47,880 bases of DNA from Vermamoeba vermiformis (taxonomy: Eukaryota). The notes under the pieces are model-generated. The model saw only the letters and a list, made by a program, of their open reading frames with translations. It did not search any database and was not told where the DNA came from. The stretch is taken from positions 1-47,880 of the forward strand of contig JBEWZL010000196.1 in assembly GCA_045837725.1 (NCBI GenBank), given 5' to 3'. Both the position numbers and the translations under genes were made by a program. This document shows, piece by piece, positions 25,137 to 37,202 of the stretch (positions within the stretch are counted from its first letter, which is position 1; each line of letters starts with the position of its first letter).

Positions 25137-26478
25137 CTCAGTGGATTGCTTTCGGTTGCAGATGTTACGCGGAAGGAAGCAAACAATGCCCAGCTTCCGT
25201 ATTAAATAAATTATATTAATACAATATGATATCATCTATACTTGAAACCGTTTACATCTGACTTGCATTTGCATTGTCTTGACTTTTTTGCTGGATCTCT
25301 ACCGGAACGAAATCACGCTTTATTACTTGATGGAACAACGAGACTGCTACACTGCCCCTCTACACATTGCACTCGCCCATTTGGTTGACTAATATCATAC
25401 TATTAGTACGTCTAATCCTTCGGAATGCATTTGTGAAATGAAGATCATCGTCAGTTCAAGGAAAAACGCCGTCGAAGAAAGCAATTTCCATCGATATAAC
25501 ATAGAAGGCCTATCGATACCATTGTATTGTATTATGTTATATATGGCCGCAAACCTTATTGGTTCAGGCTCAAAATTTTGAAAGTTCTTTTCGAAATGGA
25601 TCAACAACACGACGCCACGTCCAAAAGGTTTCCCCTTTGGCTCAGAAAAAGCACTAAACAGCAAAGCAGGTTAACATATTATTTTGTGCAAGCTGTTTCA
25701 CTATGAGCAAAGCAAACAAACATTTTGAGGCATCAAACAACCTGCAATACTAACAGCCTGCTGTAAGTAATTATTATTAATATATGTATATATATTTTTT
25801 ATTTATTCTCGATTTCAGTTAGTTAGATCAACCAAATTTTTTTTTTAGATGCGCTTTAATATTAAAGCGCATATTTTTAGCGCTTAACGTTAGTAAATAA
25901 TAATTGCTGAAACGTGATCTAGCCCTTTTAGTAGTTTAAATTTATTAATAATCGCGGTGATGAGCGGAGCCTTTAATTTCAATTAAAGTTCTAAATTTAA
26001 GGGGTTCATACCTTCAAATATTACTATATAATTATGAATCATTTAAATTAATAGAACAATGAACTAATTATCGTTGGCAACCAGATCATGAAAACAGAAG
26101 ATTCTGAATGAACTTCGAATCTACACAGCCTTTACTCGCCTGAGAAACTAGTCGACATCAAGACTGCTCACTATACGATCCATTGAGTTCTCCCAGAAAC
26201 TTCTAATGTCAAACGTAGAAAGTTTTTCCTTGCCAACCAGATGCGTCTGGAAGTTGACGCCTGTCACCAGAAAACTACAAAAAGAAACGTCGCAGAGCGG
26301 AATTAAATTCAGTTATAATTTCGAGTTGAGAGTCATAGCACACAAAAGCTAGGATCCACGAGGCCTTCTTGCTTTACTACAAGTCTTTGGTAAGCCTTAA
26401 CGATCAGAACCAGATTCGCTCCACAAAATATTCCGATTAAGCGTCAATAGACTTACTAACACGAATTTATTATAGACA

Positions 26479-26742
26479 ATGAAGTTCCATATCATATTCA
26501 TGCTGCTTTTACAAGTAATCTGCGTCTTTGGCGTCATGCGAGTCGTATCTGTTCAGCCGATCTCTTCAACAATCAGTTCCGCAAAGATTCTGCGTGACGG
26601 CGAGATTCTTTGGGCTGAAATGCTCAATGCGCGCGGCGGAGTAAATATTAACGGCACTTTGCACCCCTTAGAACTGGTCTCAGTTGATATTGGTGCTCCA
26701 ACGGATGCAGAAATGGCTCAAAATGCTATTAATGCTATTAGA
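26479..26742 (+). pseudogene. 5' part of exon 1 of a family C (GABA-B/Grl-like) GPCR: signal peptide and start of the Venus-flytrap domain
   Basis: MKFHIIFMLLLQVICVFG...WAEMLNARGGVNINGTLHPLELVSVD is typical of the type-1 periplasmic-binding fold. It ends at the TSD AATGCTATTAGA and continues in frame at 43487 on the minus strand (AVANGTYGEVHAMLVPFSSSLTE). Confidence 0.85.
26731..26742 (+). repeat. LINE target-site duplication, copy 1 (AATGCTATTAGA)
   Basis: Exact reverse complement at 43488-43499 next to the LINE 3' tail. Confidence 0.85.
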
Positions 26743-27951
26743 AAAGAGATAGAAGAGCACAACTGCGATATCGATTTATATTTTTCACGGTGATGAGGTA
26801 TGTCCCTAAGCACGTCGTACGACGAGCGCCGAAAAACTCTCCCCGCAAGGGTCGAGATTATAGACGAGCCGGCGCTCGATCGATACCCAACAAGGGCTGG
26901 CTCACCCTCGAACCAAATATTCTATTATACTGCAATTTATGGGGATCTCCCCAGTGGGCTATCGTATTATTTAGCAATATTTTTATTTTTATTTTTAAAT
27001 CTAAATGCATCCGCGATCGGTACCAAATTACTGCCGAAACCGGCGGTAAAATGCCCTCAACGGTGGAAATAATTTTATTAACAACATTCTGTACCTATAG
27101 TACCGATAGACAAAAACGCAAGAGAGACGAAGAGTCCGCTCCCGATCAAGAGGGTCAAAAGCGATCCAAAACAACGCAGACCAGTTTGCAAGACGTTGGG
27201 ATTACCACAGACCCCAAGAGCAAAGAAGCCAGCCCCGTTGTCAGTGGGGACATTGACACAGTGATTCGCGACTCTAACAAGAATGTTGCTGGTGCAGAAA
27301 AGCCGCACGATGAAGACACAAACCTGGTCGTTGACGGTCCTGGAACGGACAAGGTGGATGACTTCGACTTTGACGGAGCACTAGACCTAGCAGAGGCCGA
27401 GACCATTGTAATATCGCGTAAAGACCTGCACATCACGCTGGAGGCCTTCAAAGATAGATGCGAGAGGCTGGAAGGCTATAGCCACGCTTGGATGAACTTC
27501 AGTGCCACTGCGTTCTTTGCCAGATTCAACTCGGCAGAGAATACAGTAAGAGCCCGCGAGAGCCTCACTGCAGGGCTTGAGCTGTCTCAGCACCAGTTTA
27601 CACCCTTTAAAGCTGAAGACGAGTTACGTGCCATTATTCATGTTGGCAAGCTTAAAGACAAGGTGACAGCGGAGATGGTCAAGAACGCTGTCCAGAGCTG
27701 GATCAAGTCCATCAATGAAAAGCATGATGCTCTAGACAAATTCTGGCTGGACCCAAACCCGGCCAAGACAGTATACTATGTAGCAGGGCTCGGAGCAAAT
27801 TTACATGATAAGCTCCTTGCTCGTGTATCTCTTGTCGTCGGTGACCACAAGCTCAGTGTCACACCTTGTACAAACAATCACTTCATGCTGACCGGGTTCG
27901 ATGAATACACATTACCAGATGAGACCATTACCAGAGGTGTTCGCCGTACTG
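26743..27951 (+). mobile_element. 5' part of the non-LTR retrotransposon (5' UTR and N-terminal ORF1)
   Basis: Starts right after the TSD. ORF1 from ATG 27051 reads to ...TRGVRRT and joins in frame to the minus-strand ORF at 47871-47525 through the shared 9-mer. Confidence 0.8.
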
Positions 27952-29355
27952 CTGCAAGAGTGACATCCAATCGTTCGTCAATCCGGCTTGAGCTTGTTCA
28001 AGCGTGCATTCATTGAACAAATAGCACTTGTTCCACTTTGTGAAGGCAGCGAAGTAGAGGTCTTGCTGAATGGCTGGCATGGGGATCGCAACGTTAGGAC
28101 TGTCCATGACCGCACCCAGAGCGCTAATGGCGTCGACTGATGTTACATTAGAGAAGCCATTCTCTTTCCACAGATTGACGTTGAGCAGCGACTTTCGGAA
28201 TACGTCTTGTCCTAGCCCCTCGAATACTCCAACTTTGCTCTGAGCAGGCTGAGATATAAAAGATAGAAAATCATAGGCAGCTTTTCTTCGATCGTCTTCG
28301 GTGAATCGAGACACGTAGCCACCATAACCAGGAGTAGCAAAAGGAGCGCGATTGATGCCTTGGGCGTCCATGAACTTGCACATATCTGCAGTGCAGGGCT
28401 CCATTTGATTCGTGTCTCGGTTGTAGACTTGCTTCGAACCAGGCGGTATTGAAACTCCTGTGACGTTCTCCACAACAGAGCCCCTGATTGGTCCTAGGAC
28501 GTCGCCGAACGATATGAACATTGCGCAGCGACCTTCAGCAAAGAGCGACATGGAGTCCCAAAAGTCGACCTCGAGTTCAGCTCCGTACTGAAGCATTTCC
28601 TTGTATAGCGACCATACTTGAGCAAAGCCAGTAGTGTTGGACATTGGTGCCATTGTTTCAGCATCGAAGAATACGCCTTGATGCGTGCCGTTGTATTGGA
28701 GGAATGGTGAAGCATAAACCATGAAGAAATACGCGTTCAAATCGAAAATAGTCGAGTTCTTCTTGCCAGTGCACGTAGCGTAGTCAGGAATGCCGTCTCT
28801 GTTCATGTCCACGCCTTGCAATGCCTTAGCAATTTGAATGTACTCGTCCCAAGTGGATGGAGGTGAGTTGAAACCAGCTTGCTGGAGGACATCAGTTCGG
28901 TAGTAGAGGAGCAGCGCATCCGCATCCATTGGCACCATGTAGATCTCGCCTTTGTAGACCGAAGTAGTCGTACGCTCGAAAGTAGCAATGTCGTACCATG
29001 CTATGGCAGCGTCATCACGCACCCAATCGCTGAGAGGTTGAAGGAGCGGTCGGATGTCGGGGTTGCAGTCGGGACACATAATTAAGAGGTAGAATTCGCT
29101 GCCTCCTCCTACGAATCCATCATAATACGGAGAGCCTTTCTTCAAGTCGGCAAGCATTTCGGATTGAAGATCAGCCTCGCTGAATGCGATGACGTTCACC
29201 GTGATCCCAGTTTGGTTGTAAAACGCATCCACGTTATTCTTACAAAGAGTGTAGAAGCCTCCGGTCCATGTAGCAATGTTGATTGAGGTGGCGTAGATGA
29301 TGACCACATGCAGGTGCAATCCCAGGAGCAAACCGATGAACACTTTGAAAGACAT
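27928..29355 (-). CDS. Extracellular sugar/solute-binding-domain protein (ABC SBP family 1-like), probably C-terminally truncated by the inversion
   Basis: Signal peptide; FYNQTGITVNV; IYMVPMDADALLLYYRTDVL...PPSTWDEY; FAEGRCAM; AAYDFLSFISQP. The last 4 codons (EHLW*) are read from antisense LINE sequence. Confidence 0.8.
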   Translation of the reverse strand: MSFKVFIGLLLGLHLHVVIIYATSINIATWTGGFYTLCKNNVDAFYNQTGITVNVIAFSEADLQSEMLADLKKGSPYYDGFVGGGSEFYLLIMCPDCNPDIRPLLQPLSDWVRDDAAIAWYDIATFERTTTSVYKGEIYMVPMDADALLLYYRTDVLQQAGFNSPPSTWDEYIQIAKALQGVDMNRDGIPDYATCTGKKNSTIFDLNAYFFMVYASPFLQYNGTHQGVFFDAETMAPMSNTTGFAQVWSLYKEMLQYGAELEVDFWDSMSLFAEGRCAMFISFGDVLGPIRGSVVENVTGVSIPPGSKQVYNRDTNQMEPCTADMCKFMDAQGINRAPFATPGYGGYVSRFTEDDRRKAAYDFLSFISQPAQSKVGVFEGLGQDVFRKSLLNVNLWKENGFSNVTSVDAISALGAVMDSPNVAIPMPAIQQDLYFAAFTKWNKCYLFNECTLEQAQAGLTNDWMSLLQQYGEHLW

Positions 29356-30433
29356 GGCGTGACGAACCTTAGAGAAATTAGAGCAAATTCACTTAAAAAA
29401 ACGAAATCTAACTTACCTCTCGTGGTGTTTTGTTGAAACAAATTGTTATTAATAAAAACAGAAGAACCGTCCCTTTTAATTCTGCGCTCTATAAATAGAA
29501 CGTTAAATTTCCGATAATAGATGACGGGTGCCAGTAGAATCGCCCATCATAAAATTTTACCTAGGCTTTGGCTTATACTGGTGTAAGCTTTTGTAACCGA
29601 TAACGTTTCGCGTCTGCCTTCTTTCCGGAAATTAATCGATTTAAAAAATTCAGAAAAATTGCGTTAATGTTATAAATAACTCATTGCAAGAATCGGTTGG
29701 ATCGCCAAGTTTACGCTGCCCCTATTTCTGTGAAGTGTAACTAATATTCCAACACATACTGAGAGCACTAATCGAGCTTCGCTGGTTAATTTTTTTCGGA
29801 CTGGTTTTAAGTTTCAAATACTGATAATAATACATACTACTATACTTACCTGCGCCATTCAGGCTGGTTCTCAAATAAAGTGTTTAGCGGTAACTCGAAT
29901 TGGTTGAGCGCTCGACATTTTAGCCACTAAACGCAAAATCTTATCTCTAATTGAGACTTAATTAAATTCCAATTAGCCAGTGTCCCTAAATTCAAAACTT
30001 TGCAAATCTAGCTTTAAGCGACGCCAAATGAGCTGGGTTTCTTCGGATCAGCTTCCGGTCATGGGTAAGCTTTGTTGCTTTATTGCACCACCATGCTATC
30101 TGCAAAGTGCAAATTATTCGTATGATTCGCTCTGGATATAAATTGCTCTCGAGATATTTGGAGATAGAATTCTGACTTATATTTGGGCCTGAAATAAACC
30201 GTCGTCATTTTCGTTCGCGTGTTTATTGGAAATAGTCTGCCTCGTTACTACAATACTCAGCTGTCATAAGCTTATCGAGCTCTTGATCTACGCACCTTAA
30301 TAAGTGCTTTAACGCAACCGCCTTACATGCTTCAAGTTATAAGAACAGTCCATGTGCGACCAATCGTACATTCTTTTATGCGGAAATAATAACATATATA
30401 ATGTGTATTATTTAATTTAGCCAGCGAGCGCAA

Positions 30434-31225
30434 CTAATGTTGAATTTGCGAGTAGCCAGATCGACTGCGAAGCTTGACGCCAAGAACAATGACCGCGACG
30501 ACCAAGCCAAGAATAGCTGCGCCCATAGTAGCACCCATGATAGTCATCGCATCAACGGTATAAACAATTGGCGTAGAAACTTCAACTTCAGCTGCGGATG
30601 GAGTTGTTTGCGTGTAATTGTTTTTGGCGTACCAGTCCCAGCCTGGAGATTGGACGAGGGTGTCTTGAATCGAATACGACAATACGGCGTACTCGATATC
30701 ACAGGCCCAAGTAGCATTGGCAATGGACTGGACACGGAAAGCAATGAGAGCGCGAATTTCGGATTTGGACAAAAGAGCGACGTAAGACATGGATGGAATG
30801 GCCGGCTGTCTTTCTTGGAACGTAGAACCTACGTCATTAAGTCCTTGAAAGGCCATAGTTGCAGTCACTTCTTCCAAAGATACGTTTCCGATCAAGCTGG
30901 TTACGAATTAATTAGTATTTTTTCGTATTTGAGGATCAAACTTGTCTTGGTACCTTATTATAGCAAAGTCATCTCCTGCAGTGTTGGATTGGAAGAACTT
31001 CTGGCTTGTGCAAGGACCATTGTAAAGCAGATCTGGCGCATTCGAACGTTGAGAATAGCTTGACAAGAACAATGCTGATGTTTTGTAATTTCCACCGCAG
31101 CTGTATGAGGTAGAGAAGGTGTATGGTCGAATTTGATGCAGCGCTGGAAGATAATCATCGGCCTTTGTCGCACTGAATCCAAATCCGAGGATCAAAACGG
31201 CGAAAATTAGTCTGGCTTTGAGCAT
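30434..31225 (-). CDS. Uncharacterised type I membrane protein, 2 exons
   Basis: Signal peptide, ectodomain (YSCGGNYKTSALFLS...PDLLYNG), one short intron (~30900-30951), TM GATMGAAILGLVVAVIVLGV and tail RSGYSQI. Confidence 0.7.
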
Positions 31226-31857
31226 ATTATTTTGGCACGTGCTATCTACAGTTGTATTTCGAATTTGGCAAATACTGTTGAAGTTTTCTATTTATATTGC
31301 GACTGTCTGACACTGTATGATTTCAGATCGAACACAAACCTATTTCACACGAAGCACGGCATATTTTTCTATTTTCCTATAAATTACTAAGAAAAATAAA
31401 GCAACGTGCTGGCGTAATTTGTGATTATTGAGTTAAGCAATCAGATAAAATTGATTAACACTACACTTGTAAATTATGCATCCAACAATAAAAGAACCTA
31501 CCTAATTACGAGGAGCTGACAACTATAAATTTATAATGCGCTGTAATAGTATCTTATCCAAAATTAATGGCTAAGGTAACAGAGCTCGTGTGGAAGGTTT
31601 GATCGTCAAGATTGGTTGGACAGAGTTGCCCATTTAATGTATCAACATATATTGTCTATTGTGGGTTATATACATAATATGAATGACAAAATTAATATTA
31701 AGCAGTCAATTTTCCGAAGGCCGTTTTTTTTTCGCGTGCTGCTGTTATTTGAATTTCAACAAAACAACGATAAATAGACCTCACTTAGTATCAACTTTAT
31801 TGCTAATAGTTGTACTACACGAGGCATATATTTATTTGTATATAAGAATTACACACC

Positions 31858-32694
31858 ATGAAGCTATCACATCTGTTTATTGTTGCATTTTATCTTGTAG
31901 CCTTTTGTTATGTCGCTTCAGGCGAGCGAAATGGTATGAATTAGCCTATTGTAGATACTATTGATATTATTGATATTATAATAATATTTTCGGTTGTTTT
32001 ACTGCCGCATCTCCATTTAATTTTTGGATTTCATTACCCTCTCGTGCAAATTGGCTGTAATAATTAAATATCGCTATAATATATTATTACAACACGAGAA
32101 TATCAATTCCTATTGTTTAAATAAGGAGTAATGAATAGAAATCAAATTACCGGCTATTTTTTCAAATAAATCTACTCCGTGTGGGTCATACCTGAGCACG
32201 TTCAAAACTAATAATACCATTATAATAAATATATAATATTAATAATACCCATTTTTTATCAAATTCCACCTGCATTTATTTTCCTGCGGCGATCAGATTG
32301 ACTAACGATATTTCCATTCAAATTAGAGCTAGAAGACATTTTCCAGACAAACAGCACTACCAACGGCACCGAAACTAACACCACAGTCGTTGAAGTTGAC
32401 CCATTTGCTGTCACAAACGAAACTTTTGCAAATCTGAACTACACTGCCGTCCAACTCAAAAAATCCTTCATTCGTCTTAGTTTCTCTGACAACCTCGGCG
32501 TAAACGTCGGATTTATCTGTGGTTTTGCCGGTCTCAACATTATTTGCTCCGTTCTGCTCGTGGTGCTATTAAAAGTCATAAACAAAAAAGCTCAAGAGGC
32601 GCAGATCAAGAACAAAAATGACGAGCTGGAGAGAAGGAAAGACGCTGAACGAAAGGCGCAGGCTGTTACGGGCAAGAGGATCAGAAAGTACTAA
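31858..32694 (+). CDS. Small type I membrane protein, 2 exons
   Basis: Signal peptide MKLSHLFIVAFYLVAFCYVASG, intron ~31934-32327, an N-glycosylation-site-rich stalk, TM GFICGFAGLNIICSVLLVVLL and a charged tail ending at TAA 32692-32694. Confidence 0.6.
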
Positions 32695-32919
32695 TGGTAT
32701 TGGTATTGTTTTGAACTCTTACATAACTTATTTTTCGACTCTTTTTACCACGTGTAACGCGATCTGATTTTTTAATCAGCGTCATTTGTAAAAACTTGTT
32801 TATTAATTAAAACTCTTATTTATTTCTAAACGGCCATAGATTCCCACCAGACACTTCTTATGAATGGTAGGTATGATGTTAGGCTTTGGCCAGATCAGAT
32901 CGCGGAAAATGTAGCGAAC

Positions 32920-34205
32920 TCAGTAACTGAAAGCGTACGTGTTTCATGAAACGGAAGCATTTAATTATACAATATTTACATATTATAGTACACTGGATCA
33001 GTCTTTCGATTGCCAGCTCACAGTTTGGTTTTCAACAAAGCACTCAAAGTCGGGTCCAACATTTGGACGAGCTCTTGCAACACTGACTCTCTGTTGAATC
33101 CTCCAAAGTAGACTACGAGCCCTTGATTATTGTCGAATGCCTTCAGCGAGAAGAACACGCCGTGGCGCTGGATGTTCTTGGGATCGCAGTTTTTGACGGA
33201 AAAGCCGACCACGTCCTCGTCAGAGTTATACATGACGTGCAAGGTATCTAATCTTTCAGACATATTTAGCAGTTGTTGAGTTGATTCGTGGCACTGAGCT
33301 CCGTAAAGAACAAATCTGCCGACAACATTCAACGACTCTTTTTCGTTGACTCTAACGCGCTCGTCCAAGCAATGATCAGTGTTGTCAAGCACCATTCTTT
33401 CGCTAAATGCGGCGCTATCTCGTTGGAGATTCATAGAACTTTCAAAGCGGTTTAAAGTCCAAACTTTCGCATCTTGCTCGGACGACTTTCGAACACTAAT
33501 TGAATCAGAACGTCAGCATTGGGCATGAATATGGATTATAGGTATTTGACAGTCAAAAATGACACGGACTGAACTTCCAACTCGAGATTTTTGCCAAATT
33601 AAGACTGGTTGTTGTCCCAGTTTTTAAAATTTAAATAAATAAATACTGCTTTGTTTATAAAATAAATTTACGGATAAATCGTAATATAAAATCTATAAGT
33701 ACCTTAAGAGCCATTCTAACGCTGCGACTGAGGCGTTTTGTCGCAATTCGAAACTTTGCAGCTGGGTTAGAGATGAGCTGGTGGAAGGCAACAGAGGCTC
33801 TGGAGCATAAAACAAGAAGCCCATGTCGTCTACGCGCGCATCGACTACATTGGTGCATGGGCCTTCTGCCTTGGAGCGAATTACTTTCGTGGATGTAGCA
33901 GTTGTTAGGCAGATTCCGCTGCTCTGCTTAACATGCAGGCGAATGGAGCGGTCAGGATTAGATCCTCCAATACCAGGTCCAAGTTGTACAGTAGTGACGT
34001 ATTTAATATCCAGGGCAGCTGAGGACGGCACAGAGGTCGATCGAGCTAACGGCATGAAGCGAATAGGATTGCTTGAATAGAGCTTGGAGAGCTCTGACTT
34101 GTCTCTTATGCGCTCCACGACGATCTCTCCGTCGAACTTGGTTACTTGATGAATCGAGGGGCGAAGCAGTGCTGAGCTTTGGTTTGACTGAATTGTTTGA
34201 AGCAT
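32920..34205 (-). CDS. ureD: Urease accessory protein D (divergent), multi-exon
   Basis: NPIRFMP...LTTATSTKV...LFYAPEPLLP...LEWLLSVR...WTLNRFESS...ERMVLD follows the UreD layout. Start codon and terminal micro-exon are inferred. Confidence 0.7.
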
Positions 34206-34771
34206 TGGATCGGATTCGTTGGAAAACTGGCTTAGATTGGCTCGCGTGGTCGTCAAATTCGATATTTTGTTGAGTTTGAACGTGCACCAAGAGTTCTTTA
34301 TGGCCGAGATTGAGCCCTGGTAGAGCACAAAGCCCGCTCAAAAAAACTAAGTTTGAAATCCAGTGAGATAATAAAAAGAGTAGGGAAATCTTGCTTGCAA
34401 CATACCTTGTGAAACTTCGCACCGACGGCAATTTGATTTTTCACCCGGGCACGTTGGGCAGTCGCGAATTGGTTTTTTCGTGAATGTGAAATCTGGATCC
34501 AGTTGCACTTTGGCTGAGTTAGTGCAACTTTCTTAATGATATGGTCTACCAATGCAAACAATTAGACGTGGCTAAAAGATCATTAGTTGTAAAGTTCCGA
34601 TCTTTGATCGAGTTTCGTTTTTTCTGAATTTATGAGAAGAGCCATTATTAGACAGGTTGTAGAGATATTCATAAATATCCTAATAAAATTATTATTAGTA
34701 AAATCATTGCGGTGGTAATAAATCTTGCGTCGCTAAAAAGAATTTATTAAATCTACAAAACTATAAACAAC

Positions 34772-35152
34772 TTAATAATTGTAGGTATGCACTACAATTA
34801 CACCAGCACCAGCCAAGATCAAAATCAAAGCACCAACGACCAAAGAGATGAGGAAAGGAATGATCCAGCCCTTGAGGTAAGAAGATTTGTCTCTCACGCA
34901 GAACATACACAACAAGCCAAGGAAGCTGAAGAAAAAGCTCATCCAGAAGCCCAAGCAGCAATTGTTTTCAGCAGGAGCATCGGTAGAGACGTGAATGACA
35001 GTCTGGTTTTGATATCCAGGTTGTGCGTGTAACAGAGGCTGATGCGGTGTGACTTGATAAGTAGGAGGCTGGTAAATGTTGGGCTGGTAACCAGGTTGCG
35101 CGTTATAAGCGGGAGGGCTATATACAAATTGATTCTGTTGATTAGGGTCCAT
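34772..35152 (-). CDS. Pro/Gln/Tyr-rich small membrane protein
   Basis: MDPNQQ...QPGYQ repeats, then CCLGFWMSFFFSFLGLLCMFC and a second TM segment. Confidence 0.65.
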   Translation of the reverse strand: MDPNQQNQFVYSPPAYNAQPGYQPNIYQPPTYQVTPHQPLLHAQPGYQNQTVIHVSTDAPAENNCCLGFWMSFFFSFLGLLCMFCVRDKSSYLKGWIIPFLISLVVGALILILAGAGVIVVHTYNY

Positions 35153-37042
35153 ACTGTGGTGTTGATGTCTGTTCGGTGAGAAAAATACCAAAAGAAAGTC
35201 CCGATCAACTTTTGTGTCATTTTCCTAAATTTATGGAAGAGTACGAAAAGAATATTACCGAGATATTTTGTTAAACTTTACTGCGACCTACCCTTGCTTC
35301 GCTTTATCTCCAATAAGAGTCGAACCGAGATCTCGCTTGTGTTTCACGAGGTTGCTAACTTCAGACCGTCGAGCAATCAAAAATCTTCGCCCCACTGTTA
35401 GATCAAGCATCGAACACCTGCACGAAGACCTCTTTTGGTTTGCCTGACCGTACAAGTTCCAGATTGAAATATAATTCCTACAGTTTCCAAGTAAAAGAGG
35501 CTTGTGTAACTCTCTAATTTACGTAGAATACAAGTGAGCGAATAAATTTCATGGCACCTATTAAACTTCTTTTGTGCTATTACTATTAACACTCGCCATT
35601 TCAGTGCCCTTTGAGGATCCCGACTTCGTACTCTTCTTCGAATTTTTGCTAGAATGATCATTGCCACGCAACCTTTTGTCGCTAGCCTTCAATTCAGCTA
35701 ATCTCTCGCGCAAGATCTGTTCTCGCTTTGAGAGTAGATCCAATTGTTCTTGAACCGCTTCGTAGGTCTCAGGAACATTAGTCGATGATTGAGGAGTACC
35801 GCTGCTCCAAGTTGAACCAGGTCTCTTTCGTGTCGGGTCGTTGGATCCGCTGGCCACGTAATAAATCTTCGGGATCAGCAAGATGCAAAGGGTCGCTGTA
35901 ACTCCCCACAAAATGGCGATAGACCGAATCAAAAAGTCTATTTGTCTGTCTGCAAGTTGAATAGCGTATAATACGAGCAATATGAGGCCAGCAAATACGA
36001 TGTTGTACATGGCGATCAGGATGAACTTGGATTCGTTGTACTCGCTGCGGATTTTTCGCGACCAGAAGCCTAAAACTACTCCTCCGATGATCAATATGCC
36101 CTTATATACGATGAGAACTATAGCAAAGGGCAGCGATAGATTATTCGAGCAAGTTCTGTAGTTCAAGATCGGACGATTCACATCCAAGACAACAGTCTCG
36201 ACTTGTGGAGTGAAGGCAGCTGTCCATATAGTCAACACGATGATCTCTATGCTCAGTGCCACGGCCGTAATGCGGAGCAAGTAGCCATTGGTCAGTTTGA
36301 TCATTTTCAAGCTGTGCTCGTGGAAGATCCGCCAAACTCGCCAAGTCTTCGTTAGCAATGCGCTGAACATTAATACGAATCCAACTCCAGCAAGCCAATA
36401 TCGCAAATTGCACATAGCAGTCGTAGTTTCAAGTGCCCAGAAGAAAATTGAAGCGTAGATCATGGCGGCACCAAGAATGATAAGCTCGACAAAGAGCAGC
36501 GATGAGGCTATTATTTGCGGTCTATGACGCCATCTAGCGAATAGTATCATCGTAGAGAAGCAGAATAATATTCCAACACCAGAGGCGATGACAATTCCTT
36601 GCTCTGCGGATGTCGCGTACCAGCGGATTTGCTCTTCTCGTTCATTCCAAGCAGGCATAGGATAAATAAGGTCATTAGCCGAAGCAGCGATAGGCAGGAC
36701 GACTACATCTTCATTGTTCTCGTTGTATTGAACAATAGCGCCGAACTGAGTTTCCACCATCTGACCAAAAGAGTTGAACTGTAGTTGTCCGTAGAATGTT
36801 GCGACGTTAATTCTATTAATAGCAACGCGCATTGCCTCTGTTTCAAGCGAGCCTGCCATTTCTGCTGCAGCTTGCAGGGCTAATCCGCAGGCAAACTGAG
36901 TGGCTGCGGGATAACTTGGCGCGTATCCAAATCGCTCAATAAAGACTTCATGGAATATTTGGGGGCTAGCAGTAGTGTTCTGTAATAGATAACGTTAATT
37001 TCTAATCTTTCTGAAATTGAAGCAAACTTGCAACTTGATGCA

Positions 37043-37176
37043 TGTAACGAATTGCGAATATCGTTGGAACGATATTGCGCATCGTTAGGGAAATGTCCCT
37101 TTCGATAGCATAAATAGCGCTGTAACTATCACAATAAACGTCTTCTTATCCTACTCCTTGTCTTACAATCATTTCA
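37043..37176 (+). repeat. 5' LTR (134 bp)
   Basis: TGTAACG...ATTTCA, identical to 42413-42546; contains CATAAATA and AATAAA. Confidence 0.95.
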
Positions 37177-37178
37177 TT

Positions 37179-37196
37179 TGGTTCCGAACATACCGG
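37179..37196 (+). other. Primer-binding site (TGGTTCCGA...)
   Basis: TGG lies 2 nt after the 5' LTR and is complementary to a tRNA 3' end ...UCGGAACCA. tRNA-Glu-like; the identity is inferred. Confidence 0.6.
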
Positions 37197-37202
37197 TCAA
37201 CA

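Noticed and set aside
25640-26340. Possible small spliced gene upstream of the GPCR
   Set aside because: Splice-like signals exist, but I could not build an open frame across them.
26780-26836. Hammerhead-like TGATGAG...CGAAA in the LINE 5' UTR
   Set aside because: The core is GTGATGA rather than CTGATGA, there is no room for stem I, and stem II does not pair.
26790-28016. 408-aa ORF as a stand-alone gene
   Set aside because: It is chimeric: the start lies in the LINE 5' UTR and the end is antisense solute-binding gene beyond the inversion junction.
29842-30000. ATACTTACCTG resembling the U1 snRNA 5' end
   Set aside because: No U1-70K loop (GAUCAC), U1A loop or Sm site follows. It is better explained as a minus-strand splice donor (CAG|GTAAGTAT).
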